The notes below the pieces were generated by a model. It was not told the DNA's origin, did no database searches, and saw nothing but the letters and a program-made list of their open reading frames with translations. This document shows positions 9,201-19,481 of a stretch of 56,233 nt of DNA, piece by piece (position 1 is the first letter of the stretch; each line of letters opens with the position of its first letter). Position numbers and translations under genes: made by a program. Source of the DNA: Armatimonadia bacterium (lineage in GTDB: Bacteria > Armatimonadota > Zipacnadia > Zipacnadales > UBA11051); the NCBI GenBank assembly GCA_039683575.1, contig JBDKRC010000083.1:1-56233 (forward strand). The letters run 5' to 3'.

Positions 9201-12200
9201 CTACTGCGCCTCCGGGAGAGTGTAGGTCTGCCCCGGCTTCGCGTTGATCGTTACAGCCTTGCCCTCACGCGGCTTGTAAGTGATCCTGGCGGGCTTTGTG
9301 CCCATCACCAGCGTCTGCCTGGTGAACGCCCAGCGGATCGTGAAGTCACAGGGCCGGTCACTCGTGATCGTGTCACGCCCCCGAAGCTCGCGAAAGTCGC
9401 AGTAGGCCGTCTCCCCTGCGTCGCCCGCGGTGTACGTCGCCACCATTCGCGCTGTGACAGTGCCTTCACCACAGCGGGCCGGGCGATCCGGGGTTGGTGA
9501 CAGGAACAGGCTTGCGGCGGTGCCGCCTTCGGCCCGGATGGTGCCGTCCTTGTCGATGCTGCATGTGGAGGGCAAGACCTTGGTCAGGCACGTGGCAAAG
9601 GTGGTGTTGCTGGCCTCCCGCCTCAGAATCATCATCGGCATGAGCCTGTCGAGGGAGTTCGTGACGCTCTCGGCGGTGATAAGCTGCGTCGGTTCACCAC
9701 CGGCAACCGAGATATAGTGCCCCTTGCTTCTCTCGCCCCACTCCGTCTGAAGGCCGCCGGTGGTGAGCGTTGAGCCGCGTGGGCTGTGGATGTGCTGGTA
9801 GCCACACTTGGTGCCCAGCGTCTCACCCGCCATCAGGTCGAGCGGCACGCTCGCCTGCACCAGCGGCTCGTCAAGGTGCAGAGCATAGTCGTACACGTGC
9901 CGATCATTACTCTCAACGCGGTATACATCCAGCAGCTTCTCCCCCAGCAGCGCCACGGTCCGGGTGAGCTTCACCCCCGGGAACAGGCCTTCCACATGGG
10001 CCTGCACTACCTTGATTGTGGGGGTGGTGTAGAAGAAGTCCAGCTTGCCCCATGACTTCTCCTGGTAGCTATCGGCGAGGAACCCGTGGTCGGTCTCCCC
10101 GGCTGGCATCTGGCTCTTGCCGTCCACGGTGAGCGTGTTGTGGCTGACTGTGTGGGAGGTCCACTGCGCCTTCTCCGGACTCTCGTATTTGCATGAGCCG
10201 AAGTCGGGAATCAGGTGCTTGTTGTCATCCCAGACCACCAGACTGAGCTTGTCCGGATGCCCGTGCCCGCCGCCGTACGGGCCGTAGGTCAGGTTCACCG
10301 AGAAGGGAGTCCCGCGCAACAGTGCGAAGCCGGTCGAAGGGAACAAGCTGCAGCCGTCGGAGACCAGGCCGTTGTTGCAGAACTTGCCGTCGGTGAGCTT
10401 GAAGCTCCCGGTCTCGACTGGCCGCTCGTAAAGCAGGTCATCGAGGTTGAGGCCCGCCGAGGAAGCGTCGGTCATCACAGTGGAGCCAGAGGTGATCTGC
10501 GCGACCTGAGGGGGCAGCCTCTGCCAGTCAGCGTCATTGCCATCAACAACGATCCCCTGTGCGCGGGGCATGTTGATTGCCGGCGGGTTCCGGGGCTGCT
10601 GTGGGCCTATCACGACCTCCCCGCCCTGGCTGGAGTCATAGCGGTCGGTCTTGCAGGCCCAGCAGACCATCTTCTCCTTGGTGGTGGCCCCAGTCTTCGC
10701 GTCACAGTCATAAATGACGAAGTCGGCGGTGAGCTTCTGCCCCTCCTTCGGCGCGAAAGCCACGCCTTGCTCCGTGGGTCTAGGGGCAAGCTCGCTCAGG
10801 GGTATGGCGGCCTCAAGTGTGTAGCCGCCAGCGCTCCGAGCAACCGCATAGCGGGCGGCGCTGACTTCACCCACGGTCTTTCCGAAGCGGTCGAAGATGA
10901 CCGCCACCGGCTTTACCTTGTCGGCATCGCCGGGGCTGAGGCCATAGATGACGTCATAGGGCCCGAACTTCTCATCGCGCCACTTCAGCCCGACCCACAG
11001 CAAATCCCCCTGCCAGACCTCGCCCGGCTGGTCATGGCTGTTGCGCACAACCTGGTCGGTGATCTGCGCAGTGAGGTAGACAGACTTGTCATCATAGCTC
11101 AACCGTACCGCCCCCTGCGCGTCCCCCTCCCCCACCTTCGGCACCGTCACCAAGCGGCTGCGGTTGATCAGCCAAGCGTACTTGGGGTCGCGGTAACGCT
11201 CCCAGGCGGCTCGGTAGGCGGCGTTTGCGCTGAGGGGGCCCTTGCCGCTGTCGGCCACTACCGGCCAGGTATAGTCGGGGAAAGTGTAGTAGAACGGCCC
11301 ATCGAACATGAGCTTCAGGGACTTGGGGCCATTGTCCCCATCGCCCACACAGTAGTTGAGCAGCTTCTCGCGATCCGTGTTGTAGTCATCCGGCACCTGC
11401 AGCCTATACAGGTCAAGATTGCAGTTATAGGCGGCTTGGAGCAGCGGGAACAGGGCGCTGATGACAAAGCTGTGGTACCCCGCGGAGCGCTCCCAGAACA
11501 GCCCGTCGTCCTGGACGTCATGCGCCAGGAGGTGCTTGAGGCCATAGGGGCCGTCAAGGGCATGCTCCACCATGTCGGCGTCCTTGAGCATAAGCCCGGT
11601 CAGGCCGACCGCGCTGTCGAACCATGCCTGGAAGTTGTAGCACTTGTAGTGCAGGTCAGCTGGGCGGCCGTCTTTGGGGTCGTTGTAGTCCTTGACCCAG
11701 AACAGCTCTGCCGCCGGTCGCAGGAGGTCCTTCTCGATCTGCTGGTGATCCGCCAGCGTGAAGCAGGGGCTCTCGTAGACGAGGTCATAGGCCAGAATCA
11801 GCGGCACATACCACACCGCTTCGTAGAGACCCGAAACGGTCTTTGAGAGCTTCACCCGCTTGCCCCGGTCAGGGAGCGTCGGGTACAGCCTGGCATAGCC
11901 CAGCAGCGCATCGTGCACCCACTGCGCATACTTCTCATCGCCCAGCAGTTGGTAGTACAGTCCAACTTGCTGCAGGCGGTTGCTCAGTGAACTCATGTCA
12001 TCCGTGACGCCCGTCGGCACGCTGGCTGGCGTGCGGACCTGCGCGTCAGCAGACCCGCGCAAGGAGGCTGCGAGCTTTTGCCCCTCGTCGTTAGCCTGCA
12101 AGGCCGCTCGTGCGTGGTCCAGTTGCTCGGTGCTGTAGAGCAGATAGGGGTGGCGCTCCGGGACTCCCAGCCCTGCTTTCACTTCCGGCGCGGAGGCAGT

Positions 12201-13256
12201 GGCCCGGCAGACGGCGCGTTTCGCGACAGTACCGTCGGGTGATATGACAGCAATTGCGTACCAGTCCGCCACGGCGGCGGGGGCGAGGAAGCTCGTACCC
12301 TCGGTAGTCAACCCGGTAACCAGCGCTTGCCCCGCTTTGGCCGCTTCCGCTGCCGTCGCCGCCCGGTGGATGCTAACGCCCTGTGCGCGGCTGTCAGGCG
12401 CGAGTTGCCACTTCAGCCGCACCTGACCGTCAAGGCGACGGACGGCGGAGAGCTGTGTGGGGGCAGCGGGGGGAGGGAGAGCGCCGGTCTTAACGACAGC
12501 CTGCGCGGGCTTGGTCCCTGTCCCCTCGCCAAAGGCTGCCACGATGCTGTACTGGTAGCGGCTATTGCTCCGCAGGCCACGGTCCAGGAACTGCGGCTCG
12601 TTCACCGTGGCAATCAGACTGGCAGGCTTGCTGCCCTCCACGCGGTAGACCCGGTACTGCAGCAGGTCTTGATAGACCTCCGGGACCTCCCACTGCAGTT
12701 TGCACACGCCGCTCTTCTCCAGGCGCGCCTGCAGGTTCTGCGGGGCCGGCAGCGACGCCGGATCAAGCGTCCTGAGCGTGAGGTTCTCATAGCGGAAGTT
12801 GTGGTTGTAGTAGTGCAGGAAGCCAAGGCGGCCAGAAGCGGGGGGAGTGCCATAGGGGACGAGGGTGGTACCAACGACGGCGCCGTTCAGGCGCAAGACG
12901 GCGCGATCTGCGGCTACCACCAGACGGAAGTGGGCCGGTTTGCCGGGCGTCAGGCGGTCGGTGGGCAGGAAGAAGGCCTTGCGATTGGCCTTGTCGGCAG
13001 GATCAACGCTCCATACCACAAGCGCCCGCACCTGCGGGCCACCGCACGGGCTGCTGGTCATGTCGAAGTCGAGGATGAAGTCCCGGTGGTCCCGCGCAGT
13101 CAGCAGGTATAGGTCCGGCTGGCTCTTCCCCCCATCGCTGATATCAACGGCCCCGTCTGCCGAGAGCCGGTAATTCTCAGGTGCAGGCGCCCAGTCAACT
13201 CCTGCAGACGCTACTGTAAGGCAAAGCAGGGCAGCAAGCAGGCTAATGATGCGCAT
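9201..13256 (-). CDS. Secreted multidomain polysaccharide lyase (heparinase II/III, PL17-like) with DUF1080-like, FN3 and CBM9-like modules
   Basis: RBS GGAGG and signal peptide MRIISLLAALLCLTVASA at 13256. FN3 repeats (PAPQNL..LQW..YRVYR); HPYL; CYNFQAW; DGLFWERSAGYH; GGGHGHPDKLS; SHNTLTVDG. Confidence 0.8.
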   Translation of the reverse strand: MRIISLLAALLCLTVASAGVDWAPAPENYRLSADGAVDISDGGKSQPDLYLLTARDHRDFILDFDMTSSPCGGPQVRALVVWSVDPADKANRKAFFLPTDRLTPGKPAHFRLVVAADRAVLRLNGAVVGTTLVPYGTPPASGRLGFLHYYNHNFRYENLTLRTLDPASLPAPQNLQARLEKSGVCKLQWEVPEVYQDLLQYRVYRVEGSKPASLIATVNEPQFLDRGLRSNSRYQYSIVAAFGEGTGTKPAQAVVKTGALPPPAAPTQLSAVRRLDGQVRLKWQLAPDSRAQGVSIHRAATAAEAAKAGQALVTGLTTEGTSFLAPAAVADWYAIAVISPDGTVAKRAVCRATASAPEVKAGLGVPERHPYLLYSTEQLDHARAALQANDEGQKLAASLRGSADAQVRTPASVPTGVTDDMSSLSNRLQQVGLYYQLLGDEKYAQWVHDALLGYARLYPTLPDRGKRVKLSKTVSGLYEAVWYVPLILAYDLVYESPCFTLADHQQIEKDLLRPAAELFWVKDYNDPKDGRPADLHYKCYNFQAWFDSAVGLTGLMLKDADMVEHALDGPYGLKHLLAHDVQDDGLFWERSAGYHSFVISALFPLLQAAYNCNLDLYRLQVPDDYNTDREKLLNYCVGDGDNGPKSLKLMFDGPFYYTFPDYTWPVVADSGKGPLSANAAYRAAWERYRDPKYAWLINRSRLVTVPKVGEGDAQGAVRLSYDDKSVYLTAQITDQVVRNSHDQPGEVWQGDLLWVGLKWRDEKFGPYDVIYGLSPGDADKVKPVAVIFDRFGKTVGEVSAARYAVARSAGGYTLEAAIPLSELAPRPTEQGVAFAPKEGQKLTADFVIYDCDAKTGATTKEKMVCWACKTDRYDSSQGGEVVIGPQQPRNPPAINMPRAQGIVVDGNDADWQRLPPQVAQITSGSTVMTDASSAGLNLDDLLYERPVETGSFKLTDGKFCNNGLVSDGCSLFPSTGFALLRGTPFSVNLTYGPYGGGHGHPDKLSLVVWDDNKHLIPDFGSCKYESPEKAQWTSHTVSHNTLTVDGKSQMPAGETDHGFLADSYQEKSWGKLDFFYTTPTIKVVQAHVEGLFPGVKLTRTVALLGEKLLDVYRVESNDRHVYDYALHLDEPLVQASVPLDLMAGETLGTKCGYQHIHSPRGSTLTTGGLQTEWGERSKGHYISVAGGEPTQLITAESVTNSLDRLMPMMILRREASNTTFATCLTKVLPSTCSIDKDGTIRAEGGTAASLFLSPTPDRPARCGEGTVTARMVATYTAGDAGETAYCDFRELRGRDTITSDRPCDFTIRWAFTRQTLVMGTKPARITYKPREGKAVTINAKPGQTYTLPEAQ

Positions 13257-13320
13257 GGGCGTTTCCTCCGGCTGTAGTGTCCGTCGTCCGCAGACAGGCG
13301 CGCCACTTTCCCCGTCCAGG

Positions 13321-14124
13321 CTACGCCAGCGTCTGGCAGCGGAATTCACTGAACGTGGCGAAGGCGAAGCCTCGCTCCTGCGCGATCTGCAGCAGCGCCT
13401 CGACCTGCCGGCAGTCGCGGTCAAACCGCCGCAGGGACCACGGGTGCATCGTGGGACCGTAGTATGGCAGGGACTGGCCTAACGTGGTGTCCATGTCGGT
13501 CACAAAGGGGGCGCACCAGGCCTCGATGGTCTGCGGGGCGTCCGGACCGAGGGGCTGGCTCGGCGACTGCCACGGGTTGACCTTCGTCAGGATGTTCTCA
13601 TGCCAGCCATGCATGGGGATCTCCAACAGTTTGGGGAAGCCCTCCCCGGCGTAGGTGTACGGAGCGGTCACGGGAGCGGGCATGGTTCTGCCGGGGCCCC
13701 AGCCCTGGGAGCTGACGTACTCAAAGCCGATCTCCGCGAAGATGCCAAGCCGCTCGACGTCACCGCGGAAGCCTGTCACAGTGCCACCAGGGGCCCGAAA
13801 GCCGCGAGGCGTCACTCCGAAGACGTCGCCGATGAGATCCTGAGTGCGCTGCAGTTCATCACGCACCACTGCCGGATCAGCGCCCTCGAACTGGCAGTGG
13901 GAGTAGCTGTGAGAGCCGATCTCAAAGAGCGGATCGGTGAGCAGGTCGCGCAGTTCATCTCGGTTGTGTTCCACTAGCCGGCCAACCAGAAAGAAGGTGG
14001 CAGGAATCCGCAGGCGGCGGTGGATTGCCGTAAGCGCCCGTACGCCCTCCACGCATGTCGGCTGTTCCGTGTCGTATCCGGGCAGATAGCAGGGGCCCTT
14101 CAGACCCTTGTCAGCGTTACTCAT
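13321..14124 (-). CDS. Polysaccharide deacetylase (NodB/CE4-like)
   Basis: YDTE, IPATFFLVG, EIGSHSYSH, GFRAPGG and MHPW motifs. Confidence 0.85.
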   Translation of the reverse strand: MSNADKGLKGPCYLPGYDTEQPTCVEGVRALTAIHRRLRIPATFFLVGRLVEHNRDELRDLLTDPLFEIGSHSYSHCQFEGADPAVVRDELQRTQDLIGDVFGVTPRGFRAPGGTVTGFRGDVERLGIFAEIGFEYVSSQGWGPGRTMPAPVTAPYTYAGEGFPKLLEIPMHGWHENILTKVNPWQSPSQPLGPDAPQTIEAWCAPFVTDMDTTLGQSLPYYGPTMHPWSLRRFDRDCRQVEALLQIAQERGFAFATFSEFRCQTLA

Positions 14125-14156
14125 ACGATACTATCTCCTCTCCCCCATAGCCCGCG

Positions 14157-14855
14157 TCAGTGAACGAGGGTGTGCAACGTCGCGGCCACAATCAGAAGAC
14201 TGGCGAAGAGTGTTGGCACCAGGCAACCGGCGGAGAACCTCACCCGCGCTGGCGGGGAGACGATGATGCCGGGAATGGTCGGGGCTTCGATGGTGGCATT
14301 GGTGGCGCCCAGTATCTGCCGCAGGCCCTGCTCGATCTGACTGCGTTGCGCGGGCGTCAGTTGGTCACCAACCGGGGCCCAGTCGAGCACAGTCTCGCCG
14401 CTCTCCGCGAAGAGATCGAAGGCTTGCCCTGCCCGCATATCCGCCTTCATGTGCTCGGCCAGTGCCGCGCTGTAGACCTGGAGCAGCCGCTCCCACTGTT
14501 CGGGCGTCAGCCAGTGCTGCTTGTCTACCGCTTCCTGCGGGATCTTCAGGTTGACCTTCGCGGAGGTAACGCGGTTGATGCGAATTCCCCCGGCAAGGGT
14601 GGCCGTGGTGCTGACTGAGGTGTCGGCGGGCAGGTCCAGCGGTGGCATGGCTGGCCGCGCAGGGACAGGCGGAGGTGTGACGGGCGGCGCTGGCTGCGGT
14701 GCGGTCTGAGCGGCGGCCGGAACGAGCGTGATATCGAGGTCTTCCGCTTTCTGAAGCGCTGTGCCGCAATGCGAGCAGGTCTCCAACCCCTCGGGCAGCA
14801 CCACTCCGCAGTTTGGGCACTCGACTGATGGCCTATCACTCATCTTCCCAATCAC
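14157..14855 (-). CDS. Zinc-ribbon domain membrane-anchored protein (start 14855 GTG or 14843 ATG)
   Basis: CPNCG..CSHCG double zinc knuckle, a Pro-rich linker and a C-terminal hydrophobic helix. Confidence 0.65.
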   Translation of the reverse strand: MIGKMSDRPSVECPNCGVVLPEGLETCSHCGTALQKAEDLDITLVPAAAQTAPQPAPPVTPPPVPARPAMPPLDLPADTSVSTTATLAGGIRINRVTSAKVNLKIPQEAVDKQHWLTPEQWERLLQVYSAALAEHMKADMRAGQAFDLFAESGETVLDWAPVGDQLTPAQRSQIEQGLRQILGATNATIEAPTIPGIIVSPPARVRFSAGCLVPTLFASLLIVAATLHTLVH

Positions 14856-15081
14856 CTTGTTCCCCCCCTGAGTAGCATCCGGAACAGGGCTCGCCGTAGA
14901 CCCGGACACGATGTTGACTTCTCCGCCAGGCCCTATCATCCTCCCCGGCCAAAACCGTCCCCCGCATCTGCCGCAGAATCAGAACAAGGGCGCCGTAGCT
15001 GCCACGGCGAAGCACGCCAGCAGTCCGTTGGCTGCACAAACCCGCTTGATACGGGACATTCTGGCTTACCGGGAGCCCCCC

Positions 15082-15990
15082 ATGACCTGGATAGATACCC
15101 ACATTCACGTTAGCGACCTGGGTCCGGACGGGAGCCGTCGCGAGCGCTTTCTGGCCGATCTGCTCGACGTTCTCGACCGCTCCGGCGAAGACCTCCGCTT
15201 CGTCGTCAGTTGCGATGGGCCGTACTTCGGGCCGATGATCCGCGACCCGGAGGCGATCCTGGCTGGCAATCGTTTCATCCACGAACTCGTCCGCGAGGCC
15301 CCAGACCGGCTTTACGGGAGCTGCACCGTCAACCCCAACTTCCTGGACGCCTCGCTGCGAAGCATGGAGCAGTGCTTTGAGGAGTGGGGATTCGTGCAAT
15401 TGGGGGAGATGCTGCAGTACAGCATGAACTACCAGATGGACAGCGAACCGAGCGAACGGCTGGTGCGCCAGGCGGTCGCCTACGGCGTTCCGGTGCAGGT
15501 CCACCTGGGGACATACTGGGTGCGTGGCACTGACGGCTCTACCGACGGAATTCACCAGATTGATGACCTGCTAGGCATCGCCGAGCGCGTGCCCGAGGCG
15601 CAATACATTCTGGCCCATGCCATCGGCTGCGGGCCCGATCCGAGCTACGTGCCCTGGGCCGACATGTTCCTGGATGTGGTGCAGGGAGTCTGCGGAAGCT
15701 GGCCGGACAACTTCTGGGTCGAGATTCGCGACTTCCAGTGCCCTGCGCTGCCGCGGACCGTGGCGGAAGTGCCAACCAACCGCCTGCTCTCCGGCACCGA
15801 CTGGACCACGAGGATTGGTCCGCCCTTCCAGTCCTATGGCACCATGTTCGACGTCGCGGAGGCGGATAATCCCTTCCCGCCCGGCGTGCCGGCCTTCGTG
15901 AACTTCCTGAAGCAAGCGGGAGCGACGGAAGGGGACATCGATCTCGTCGCCGCGGGCAATGCGCGCCAACTGTACGGCATCAGCCGTTGA
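15082..15990 (+). CDS. Amidohydrolase_2 family metal-dependent hydrolase
   Basis: IDTHIH, VPVQVH, ILAH, LLSGTDW and GNARQLY motifs; GGAG RBS before ATG 15082. Confidence 0.85.
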   Translation: MTWIDTHIHVSDLGPDGSRRERFLADLLDVLDRSGEDLRFVVSCDGPYFGPMIRDPEAILAGNRFIHELVREAPDRLYGSCTVNPNFLDASLRSMEQCFEEWGFVQLGEMLQYSMNYQMDSEPSERLVRQAVAYGVPVQVHLGTYWVRGTDGSTDGIHQIDDLLGIAERVPEAQYILAHAIGCGPDPSYVPWADMFLDVVQGVCGSWPDNFWVEIRDFQCPALPRTVAEVPTNRLLSGTDWTTRIGPPFQSYGTMFDVAEADNPFPPGVPAFVNFLKQAGATEGDIDLVAAGNARQLYGISR

Positions 15991-16159
15991 GTGCTCTGCG
16001 CCTGGATGCGGGTGCCCTGGCGTGCGGCCACACAGATGGCCAGGTCACCCATGCCTCTGTGCACACTATATTGAGATCGTTGAGCCGGCTTTCGCAGGTA
16101 AAGACAAGAATAGTGGCGAACAGTTGAACATTGCGGCAATACCTGGAGGTACTCGACTA

Positions 16160-16846
16160 ATGCGTAAAGGTTTCACGTTGATTGAGCTTCTGGTTGTCAT
16201 CGCCATCATCGCCATTCTAGCGGCGATCCTGTTCCCGGTCTTCGCCAAGGCGCGAGAGAAGGCACGGCAAGCATCTTGCTTGAGCAACTGCAAGCAGATG
16301 GGGGTCTCGGTCATGATGTACGCGCAGGACTATGACGAACGCTACCCCGCCGTCCAGAACACCGGCGGCCCCTTCACCTACAACGGCTACACTCACAGCC
16401 AGATGCTCTGGTACATGGCAATTGAGCCCTACCACAAGAACGTACAGATCTTCAACTGCCCCTCCGCGGATTCAACCTGGCGCGGTCAGTACACCGGTGA
16501 TACTCGCTACGGTATCAACGTACGCATCACCTACTACAGCGCTACCAGCAACCCTTGCACTCTCGGCGAGATTGCGTACCCGGCGGAGACCGTGATCATT
16601 GCTGACTCCGACTGGACGCACAGCACTGGCGACTATGGATACAGCAACAGCTATATGCTCAACACCCCGTTCCACGTCAGCCGCTTTGTGCCGCAGCGCC
16701 ACAATGGGGGAGCCAACTTCGTGCTCTGTGACGGGCATGCCAAGTGGTACTCAGTGCCGCTCGACCCCAGCTACACAGGCACCGGCACCATCAAGCTCAC
16801 TCTCCCACCGGCAAACCTGAAGTGGTACGCCGATGGGCACGCCTAG
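16160..16846 (+). CDS. Prepilin-type N-terminal cleavage/methylation domain protein (DUF1559, H-X9-DG motif)
   Basis: [43 protein letters not shown]...YAQDYDE...[22 protein letters not shown]. Confidence 0.92.
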   Translation: MRKGFTLIELLVVIAIIAILAAILFPVFAKAREKARQASCLSNCKQMGVSVMMYAQDYDERYPAVQNTGGPFTYNGYTHSQMLWYMAIEPYHKNVQIFNCPSADSTWRGQYTGDTRYGINVRITYYSATSNPCTLGEIAYPAETVIIADSDWTHSTGDYGYSNSYMLNTPFHVSRFVPQRHNGGANFVLCDGHAKWYSVPLDPSYTGTGTIKLTLPPANLKWYADGHA

Positions 16847-16893
16847 CGCCGGGCCGAGAACGGCCAGCGGCGACGGCTAAGCAGGCGTTCATG

Positions 16894-16932
16894 GAAGGGC
16901 AGGGCCTTTGAGGCCCTGCCCTTCGCGCTTTT
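16894..16932 (+). terminator. Rho-independent terminator
   Basis: GAAGGGCAGGGCCT-TTG-AGGCCCTGCCCTTC followed by GCGCTTTT, between convergent genes. Confidence 0.7.
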
Positions 16933-16982
16933 GGCTGTGACGAAGGCAGGCACCCACAGCCGTCTAGTTGGGAAGCGCGAAG

Positions 16983-19124
16983 CTAGATGAACCACACCAC
17001 GTAGCGGCGGACGAGTTCTCCGGCGTACAGGCCCACCAGGCTCCAAACACCCACTGAGAAGATGTGCCCCAGGGTGAAAGCCAGGAAGCCGGGCGCCACG
17101 CGGCGGTAGAGTTTCACCCCGCCGATGTGGAGGGTGCCTAACTTGACGAGCCACAGCAGGAGCGCGGGGAAGAACATATATGGCATGCCATGGCAGTTGG
17201 CGAGCGCGAAGCCGCCGGGGTGGAAGGGGAAACGCACCCACAAGTGCCGGCCGGTGATCATACCGATGACCATCAGAGCGCCCCAAAGGGTGTAGGTGAT
17301 GCGCCGGACGTCAGGCATCTGCGGCCGGTCCATCCACTGTGAGAGCTGGTTGTACTGGCCGACGATCTCCTGTGTCATGCCACCGCCGGTAATGTCGCCG
17401 GAGCTGGACAGAGTAACGCCGCCGTACTCGTAGATGGTCGCGAGGTTGGTCAGGAACCCGACGACCACTCCGACCACAATGGCCAGTAGTACTACATGGG
17501 CGATGGTGCGGCGGCTCTCCCCCAGCCTGTGAGCAGCCACGTAGCCCTCCTGGCCGGTACTGGTCAAGGCCTGGTTGACGGTACGCTGCATCCATGAGAA
17601 CATCGAGAGAATGGTGAAGGAGGCGTACTCCCGGCCAGTGATGAAGGCCCCACTGCCCAGGAAGGTAACCATGCTCTGCCGCTGGCCGTACAGCGGGTAT
17701 CCCCACACCACGGGCCAACCCATCTCGGCCCGGTTGCGGCAGTAGACGATGAGGACGCCGAACATGAGCCCGAAGTACAGCAGCGAAACCCACCAGACCA
17801 CCCCGAAGACGATGGGCAAGGTGAAGACCACGATCATCCCCACTATCGCCCCGAGGGCCGCAAAGCGGTAGCTGAGCGGCTCCTCGCTGTCGTTGATCTT
17901 GAGGCTGCCCACGGTGGCCAGAATGGTCTGCCAGAGGCTGCGGCGGGCCGACCAGACGAAATACAGCGCGAGTACTGCGAACGCTCCCATGGCCTGCTCG
18001 GCCATGAAGGGAAACCCGCTGGGCATATAGCCGACGATTTTTGCGAAGGGGCGGATCACCCACTCTCCCAGGCTGAAGAACCAGATGGAGAAGAGCACGT
18101 CCGAGGGCACCAGATAGCCCAGGCCGAGCAGCTCAGGCTTGTAGAAGATGGTGAAGCCTCGCATGGCGTTCCATGGCGACTCGGTGAAGATGTTCCCCAG
18201 CGGGTACGAGATGCCGAGCGCCGGCACAGCGGGGTTGACTGCCGCCACGGCGCTCATGGTGTTGTAGAGCACCGCCAGCGAGAAACCGATCCACACCACG
18301 GGATCGCGGTAGAAGTTGTGGCCGGAGAGCAGGCTGCCCTGGGGCCGAATCATCTCCACCGCGAAACTCGACATCGGGAACGAGAGGCGCTCATCTTCCT
18401 CCCAGTGCCGCCGGAAGAGCGTGACCAGACAGAAGGCGGCAATGAAGTAGGAGCAGATGTAGAAGGTCCACACCAGGAATGGAACCGCCCACAGCTTCCA
18501 GGGGATAATGCTAACACCCAGCAGCAAGTGGGCCGCGCCTTCGAGCGGCTGCCCGATGATCGGAATGCGGTCGAGACCGAGGGCCGGAATGACGGCATCC
18601 GAGCCTTCCCAGTAGAGGCGCCCGACCTCGGAACCGCCGGGGGCCAGTTGCCAGGGGATCGTCTGGGACATCTCTTCCAGGTGATTGGTAGGCAGACCGA
18701 AGTACTGTGTCGCCATCAGACAGGGCATGACCAGCCGGAACAGCCCGATGCCGGGCATCGGCGCGGCGATGGCCAGGAAGATGAAGACCACCAGGATCTC
18801 CACTGGCCTCAGCATCAGCCGCCGGCACCAACGCCCCAGGCCGGCGAACCTCCCCGTGATCTCAGTGAACCGGGCGGCCTTGCCCAGCAGGGCGCCCAGT
18901 CCGAGCAGCAAAAACAGACACATGATCGAGGCGACACAGGGAGTGGCCTCGGAAATCTGGCTGGTGAGGGTAATCAGCTCAGCTTGCCGCGTCCAGGCAG
19001 CGCACACGAACGTCAGGAGCAGGGCCACCAACAGGGCGCGGGCTGTGGCCGATTGGTACGGAGCTAGTCCACGGCCTGGCTCGTCAACGAGACTGGCGGC
19101 CGGCTTCTCGAGGGGATGGGACAA
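16983..19124 (-). CDS. Polytopic membrane protein (DUF6785/DUF6784-like, putative transporter); start uncertain
   Basis: Many transmembrane segments; motifs IPW..W..P, LFRRHWEEDERLSFP, DVLFSIWFF, RNRAEMG, RFPFHPGG and GGVKLYRR..P.F. TTG at 19124 is preceded by GAGGTG. Confidence 0.7.
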   Translation of the reverse strand: MSHPLEKPAASLVDEPGRGLAPYQSATARALLVALLLTFVCAAWTRQAELITLTSQISEATPCVASIMCLFLLLGLGALLGKAARFTEITGRFAGLGRWCRRLMLRPVEILVVFIFLAIAAPMPGIGLFRLVMPCLMATQYFGLPTNHLEEMSQTIPWQLAPGGSEVGRLYWEGSDAVIPALGLDRIPIIGQPLEGAAHLLLGVSIIPWKLWAVPFLVWTFYICSYFIAAFCLVTLFRRHWEEDERLSFPMSSFAVEMIRPQGSLLSGHNFYRDPVVWIGFSLAVLYNTMSAVAAVNPAVPALGISYPLGNIFTESPWNAMRGFTIFYKPELLGLGYLVPSDVLFSIWFFSLGEWVIRPFAKIVGYMPSGFPFMAEQAMGAFAVLALYFVWSARRSLWQTILATVGSLKINDSEEPLSYRFAALGAIVGMIVVFTLPIVFGVVWWVSLLYFGLMFGVLIVYCRNRAEMGWPVVWGYPLYGQRQSMVTFLGSGAFITGREYASFTILSMFSWMQRTVNQALTSTGQEGYVAAHRLGESRRTIAHVVLLAIVVGVVVGFLTNLATIYEYGGVTLSSSGDITGGGMTQEIVGQYNQLSQWMDRPQMPDVRRITYTLWGALMVIGMITGRHLWVRFPFHPGGFALANCHGMPYMFFPALLLWLVKLGTLHIGGVKLYRRVAPGFLAFTLGHIFSVGVWSLVGLYAGELVRRYVVWFI

Positions 19125-19481
19125 AGGATGCCACCTCAATCGGTTATACAACTTGCCAGATGGTTGCCGCTTTGGGGTCGCCAAGCGACGGTCAGAGACA
19201 ACGCCCGTTCTTTTGAGCTTCGCAGACCAGAAATCCTCCTGCAGAGTTGAGTTGGTGCGCGAGGATTGCCTTGGCATGTGACCGTGCAGGGGGAGAATGA
19301 GCAGAGCGAGAAGGGGACGAGGACTGCTCACCAACGCAGCGAATACTATCCAGACGAGCTTGAACACTCTGCAGCACCCACGCCGGAGATGAAAGCCGAA
19401 ATCCTCGGCGGCCTGGAGCGCCTGCTCTGGCCAGCCTTCACTGATCAACGGCTGACTGGCCGGCAGGCAAGGAGGACACTG

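Noticed and set aside
10215-11846. Long antisense ORFs (e.g. 10215-11846, 37133-38524, 24497-25636, 7532-8617, 46570-47661)
   Set aside because: They are shadow frames of well-supported genes in GC-rich DNA and have no recognisable motifs.
19266-19481. N-terminal extension of the SDR, or a remnant resembling an amidohydrolase C-terminus (PEMKAEILGGLERLL)
   Set aside because: A strong RBS marks ATG 19482 as the start, and the remnant similarity is too short to support.
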